From positions 62,001 to 126,000 of the forward strand of contig NMRA01000725.1 in the NCBI GenBank assembly GCA_002633005.1: 64,000 bases of DNA. Direction: 5' to 3'. How positions within the stretch are numbered: position 1 is the stretch's first letter; each line of letters opens with the position of its first letter. The position numbers and the translations under genes are program-made. This document shows positions 61,601 through 64,000 of the stretch, in pieces. Below the pieces are notes generated by a model that ran no database searches, was not told the origin of the DNA, and saw only the letters and a list, made by a program, of their open reading frames with translations. The DNA is from Phoronis australis. Lineage: Eukaryota; Animalia; Phoronida.

Positions 61601-64000
61601 GGGACATAAGCACCTTCTCGCGCTGGTCCTTGTTGGTGTTCTTGCAGTCATAACCAAGGTTGTCTTCGAAGACCTTAAAGAGGTCCATCACCTCTGAGTC
61701 ATCATTGCACTCAGCGTTTTCGCGGCAGTAGCTGTTGACCATGGCAGAGACGGCCAGGACGGCTTGACGAGATGGCTTGGCCACAGTGACAAGAGGCTGC
61801 AAGAGATGTATATTTTTTCTGGAGATGCCCAAGTGTTCCAGGAAATTCGACTTTTATTGTAAACTGGCTGAAAGTCCATTCAAAACAAAAGCAAGTTGAG
61901 CAGATATTTTATACCACAATATTAGCCTCAAATGGCAGATACATGTACAAACATAAAGTTATCTCACTAGTGAGATAACATTTTGGCTGTAAACTGAAGA
62001 CGGATTCGAACCCGGGCCTCAAGAGTTTCGAGTCGCCGACTTTACCACTACACCACTCAGCGGCTGACTTCATCGAACATGAAAATAGAATACTTAAATG
62101 AGCACGCGCAACAATCGCATGTTCAGCAAAGGGCATTGCACCGATATTTATAAGCTATGAAAAATAAGACGCATAATATCCATAAAAACGATATTATTAA
62201 TTCAGTGAAATTTTTCTCTCGTGTTCTCTCACGTGTAAATCATCGATCTCCAATTTGAATGCGGGTAAAGTATCGTCGAGATCCTTTGACTTGAGTATTA
62301 TAGTCAAGTTACTAGTGGTAACCTATTTTAGCAGATGATATTTTTCCCGGTCGAAGCATATCGTGATAAAATGTGTAGTAAGCTATAATAGTTGCTAAAC
62401 CTTAATTTATGGATTCACTTTCTTTCTATTTTGTTTTTCACTTGGTTTAGAGTAAAAGCATTATTTGACAAAAATAGCTCGGCTTTACTTGAAAGGTCAA
62501 GACCTCCGACCCCGGGCGTCTGACATCGAAAGTAGTTACAAAGCCGCGGCGAGTCGAGAAAGGTAGATCGATTCAATGCAATGTTTCTCGTTCAGTATGT
62601 GGTATAAATAGATTATTACATGTTCTCAGTCGTTATCCCCCTTATCGTGGATTTTATAGAATTATCACCCACGGGGCTAACTCCCCTCTGCCGATAATTC
62701 TCCAAAATCCACTCGGGCTCTAGGTAACGGGGGATAACGACTTCGCCATGTAATAATCTATATTTTTATTGCACGAACATCTTAACAGAGTTCTGGTTGT
62801 TGAAAGTGAAGTTTACAGCGACATCTAGAGCCACTAGCAGCAGTAACTCATAAACTCATTGCATTTGACCTCTTGCAGAAATTCGTTAAGTAAAGCACAC
62901 TCTTAGGGAAATGTTGATAATATTGCACTTTGATTAAATTTGATTAATCACATATCAATTAAAAATCTTAGAATAGTATTTTGTCAAGACATTAAAAACA
63001 AATTTTACAGAATACTAAGCAGCGAGGAATTTTAACTAGAGAAGTAAAAAAACAGCTTATGTGCTCACAAATTCCTCTTCTCACATACCTTAACCTCAGC
63101 AAGCATCAGTTTGCTTGGTCGACTGACGAATGCGAGAGAATTGAGCCACTGAACGGCCATGGGGGCTGGCAGATCATCGCGGCTGATTATTTTCTGGATC
63201 AAGGACACAGAGGCAATGGTGCCGCAGCTGGGAACGGCATCCAAGAAGTATTTCCTGAAAACGCAGTCGAGAGTAATTAAACAAATTAATTTCAGCTTGC
63301 ACAATACTTTCAACAGTTTGGCTGGTAATTTTTATACTTATTAAATTTTCATGTTGAATCTTTCTTTAACTTAAAATTCCATAAAATTTTGGCTTTAATG
63401 AAACAAAGTCTTTGTTCCCAAAGGGCTATACATCGTCACGTGTCACATTATAATTGCTAAACTGCCTAAAAATGAATTTCAATGAACAAAAAAAAAAATT
63501 ATTGAGGTTGGCCTCCCCTACAGTTAGGAATTCCAAAAGGTTCGGCCTGTGACTCAAGTTCGTAACTAAAATGGAATCCTACCACGGTATGGAAATTATG
63601 AAAGTCAAAGGTCTAATTCGATTCTTGTTTTAACTGATGAACAGGGCGAAATGCAGCGGTAAACTGACAAATTTTATGGAAACAAGTTTCTTAAAAAGTA
63701 CGACGTGTAAAGACACGAGGACAGTTGAACAATTCATTACCTTGCAACTTGTGACTTTGCACAAAACGGGCGGCGGTTGTCATCAACTATGCGCCAAACA
63801 TTGCCGAGAGCTTCCGTGTTGAGACGACGCATTTTGTAGACGAGGTTGGCAAACATGCGAGGCACCTCAGGGCGAACATCATCCTTAGCAACTGAGCAGA
63901 TCTCCCGAAGCTGATTGATGACATCACGATAGTCTCTTTCCAAGCGTTCACCTTCATAAGCGTGTTCGAAGCGCAGATCCGTGCGATGTTCGACATTCCC
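31635..64000 (-). CDS. Large lipid transfer protein gene (apolipophorin/apoLTP/ApoB-like), 24 coding exons visible, 5'-partial
   Basis: Vitellogenin-N helical motifs (LKALGNTG, IRVAAIQAFRR, NQIGTFVWTHL, FSRNYE, SYVPRS), RKRR site, VWD (HITTFD...CSYILA; TAGLFGTYDNEPSNDF), C8; all GT-AG junction phases consistent; 10,671 coding nt by my count. Confidence 0.93.
32689..32769 (-). CDS. LLTP penultimate exon
   Basis: KITRSKLEEGGDD...ISAS; TAG/GTAAGT, 81 nt. Confidence 0.72.
33072..33385 (-). CDS. LLTP exon
   Basis: DLCVALAHETNGSMF...CHC...C..C; phases 1/0. Confidence 0.88.
33628..33996 (-). CDS. LLTP exon, vWA-like domain
   Basis: FGLVGFGG, YPFRAGVAKVIV; phases 1/1. Confidence 0.88.
34343..35090 (-). 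CDS. LLTP exon, VWD end + C8 + start of vWA-like domain
   Basis: GWYYGKTAGLFGTYDNEPSNDF, CFKVVDPSKYYTMC, ADVVLVVEE; phases 0/1. Confidence 0.92.
35345..35544 (-). CDS. LLTP exon, start of VWD domain
   Basis: HATIAGQHITTFDHRHYEFKGTCSYILAHDF; phases 1/0; not in ORF track in this frame. Confidence 0.9.
35845..36226 (-). CDS. LLTP exon
   Basis: GKWVYDNY...NWIPPFK; phases 0/1. Confidence 0.86.
36491..36871 (-). CDS. LLTP exon
   Basis: VLKAKAAE...VVEL; phases 0/0. Confidence 0.84.
37274..37427 (-). CDS. LLTP exon
   Basis: IPRQMQK...EVMR; phases 2/0. Confidence 0.8.
37653..37951 (-). CDS. LLTP exon, helical region
   Basis: DAYHAVNEK...; CAG/GTAAGT, phases 0/2. Confidence 0.84.
38294..38478 (-). 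CDS. LLTP exon
   Basis: ENPVNQ...HTRVHWRP; phases 1/0. Confidence 0.86.
40155..40332 (-). CDS. LLTP 178-nt exon, copy B
   Basis: VLTPQSNWY...VNYDP; intact splice sites, phases 0/1. Confidence 0.85.
40463..44238 (-). CDS. LLTP giant exon, second copy, 5'-truncated at N 44239
   Basis: 1245-aa ORF colinear with 50968-54740; same donor context. Confidence 0.85.
44877..49853 (+). mobile_element. AcademX-type DNA transposon, decayed, intronic, with long imperfect TIRs and 3-bp TSD (TAC)
   Basis: LGRFHTEMSCLGCIG, PYFAAAGHIPYAKS, VIDGGSLLH, GDADVLIV, DDTD-like, HAIGGCNTT, C-terminal Cys cluster (CSC..C...CSC....PC...C..C); about 160-bp TIRs; TAC at 44874-76 and 49854-56; empty site near 39330. Confidence 0.85.
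49080..49722. repeat. Two about 318-bp subterminal tandem repeats of the Academ element
   Basis: AAATGGTGGAA...TTAGAGCCAAATGCAAT block at about 49088 and 49405. Confidence 0.8.
50660..50837 (-). CDS. LLTP 178-nt exon, copy A
   Basis: ILSPRANWY...INYDL; CAG/GTGAGT, phases 0/1. Confidence 0.85.
50968..55308 (-). CDS. LLTP giant exon (1,447 codons), beta-strand repeat region, complete copy
   Basis: 1451-aa ORF; TAG acceptor, GTTGGT donor, phases 0/0; recurring [TS]PF motif. Confidence 0.92.
55859..56072 (-). CDS. LLTP exon
   Basis: LVSSDAYTDY...LKFPGL; AAG acceptor, phases 2/0. Confidence 0.8.
56908..57300. mobile_element. PIF/Harbinger-type MITE in LLTP intron
   Basis: TIR GGCCCGATCTCTAAT / ATTAGAGACCGGGCC, 3-bp TSD CAG both sides, internal ACTCGA/TCGAGT repeats. 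Confidence 0.8.
57356..57581 (-). CDS. LLTP exon
   Basis: VNLEQSIS...SYSLNT; phases 1/2. Confidence 0.82.
57895..58152 (-). CDS. LLTP exon
   Basis: GAYTIRDD...VPVMFK; phases 1/1. Confidence 0.85.
58457..58890 (-). CDS. LLTP exon
   Basis: LGIRLCGEL, PFFPLTGP, FNTPGS; phases 2/1. Confidence 0.88.
59080..59315. repeat. Intronic tandem repeat (about 118-bp unit, nested subrepeats)
   Basis: TTCTTGAATCACCAGT twice, ACAAAACTAGACTA three times, GTTGATAGGTGG three times. Confidence 0.8.
59372..59551 (-). CDS. LLTP exon
   Basis: SGAVEVSSVMTVDAF; phases 2/2. Confidence 0.88.
59718..59923 (-). CDS. LLTP exon
   Basis: MFLDTSLIVPTMIGLPL; phases 0/2. Confidence 0.88.
60178..60318 (-). CDS. LLTP exon
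   Basis: SVKVFGNEIAF; TAG/GTAAAT; 141 nt phases 0/0; not in ORF track. Confidence 0.85.
60640..61218 (-). CDS. LLTP exon with furin-type RKRR site
   Basis: IRAHAYLAVM, FSRNYE, SYVPRS, NRKRR; phases 0/0. Confidence 0.9.
61464..61796 (-). CDS. LLTP exon, helical domain
   Basis: LKALGNTG, IRVAAIQAFRR; CAG/GTGAGT, phases 0/0. Confidence 0.9.
62000..62064 (-). mobile_element. tRNA-derived SINE head
   Basis: TGGTGTAGTGGTAAAG A box, GGGTTCGAATCC B box; acceptor and anticodon stems do not pair. Confidence 0.6.
62446..62765 (+). repeat. Interspersed hairpin-containing repeat, copy 2
   Basis: Matches 27762-28090. Confidence 0.85.
63089..63254 (-). CDS. LLTP exon
   Basis: KYFLDAVPSCGT...WLNSLAF; CAG/GTATG, phases 2/0. 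Confidence 0.88.
63741..64000 (-). CDS. LLTP exon (partial), vitellogenin-N region
   Basis: ...RPEVPRMFANLVYKMRRL...; donor GTAATG phase 2. Confidence 0.85.

Noticed and set aside
62000-62064. Functional tRNA gene
   Set aside because: A/B boxes present but stems do not form a cloverleaf

Overview
Eukaryotic (invertebrate-like, about 40% GC, GT-AG introns) draft-assembly window; nothing prokaryotic and no CRISPR. The right half (31.6-64 kb, minus strand) is a large lipid transfer protein gene (apolipophorin/apoLTP/ApoB-like). I reconstructed 24 coding exons with consistent splice phases (about 3,550 codons visible, 5' end beyond the window): vitellogenin-N helical region, RKRR furin site, a 4.3-kb beta-repeat exon, then VWD, C8 and a vWA-like tail. 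Part of the gene (giant exon, next exon and introns) is present twice, joined by a single N. The two copies are almost identical over about 560 codons, then abruptly about 16% different in protein over about 700 codons with both frames open; only one carries a 5-kb AcademX-type transposon. The left half is mostly repeats: a frameshifted LINE, a DD37D-like Tc1/mariner element in a haplotype-style duplication, Academ, THAP/Kolobok and MITE remnants, hairpin elements, and a TATA-box plus signal-peptide first exon of an unidentified secreted-protein gene (+ strand, 10.06 kb). No clearly new molecular system is demonstrable; the best leads are the mosaic-divergence exon duplication and the orphan secreted-peptide gene.
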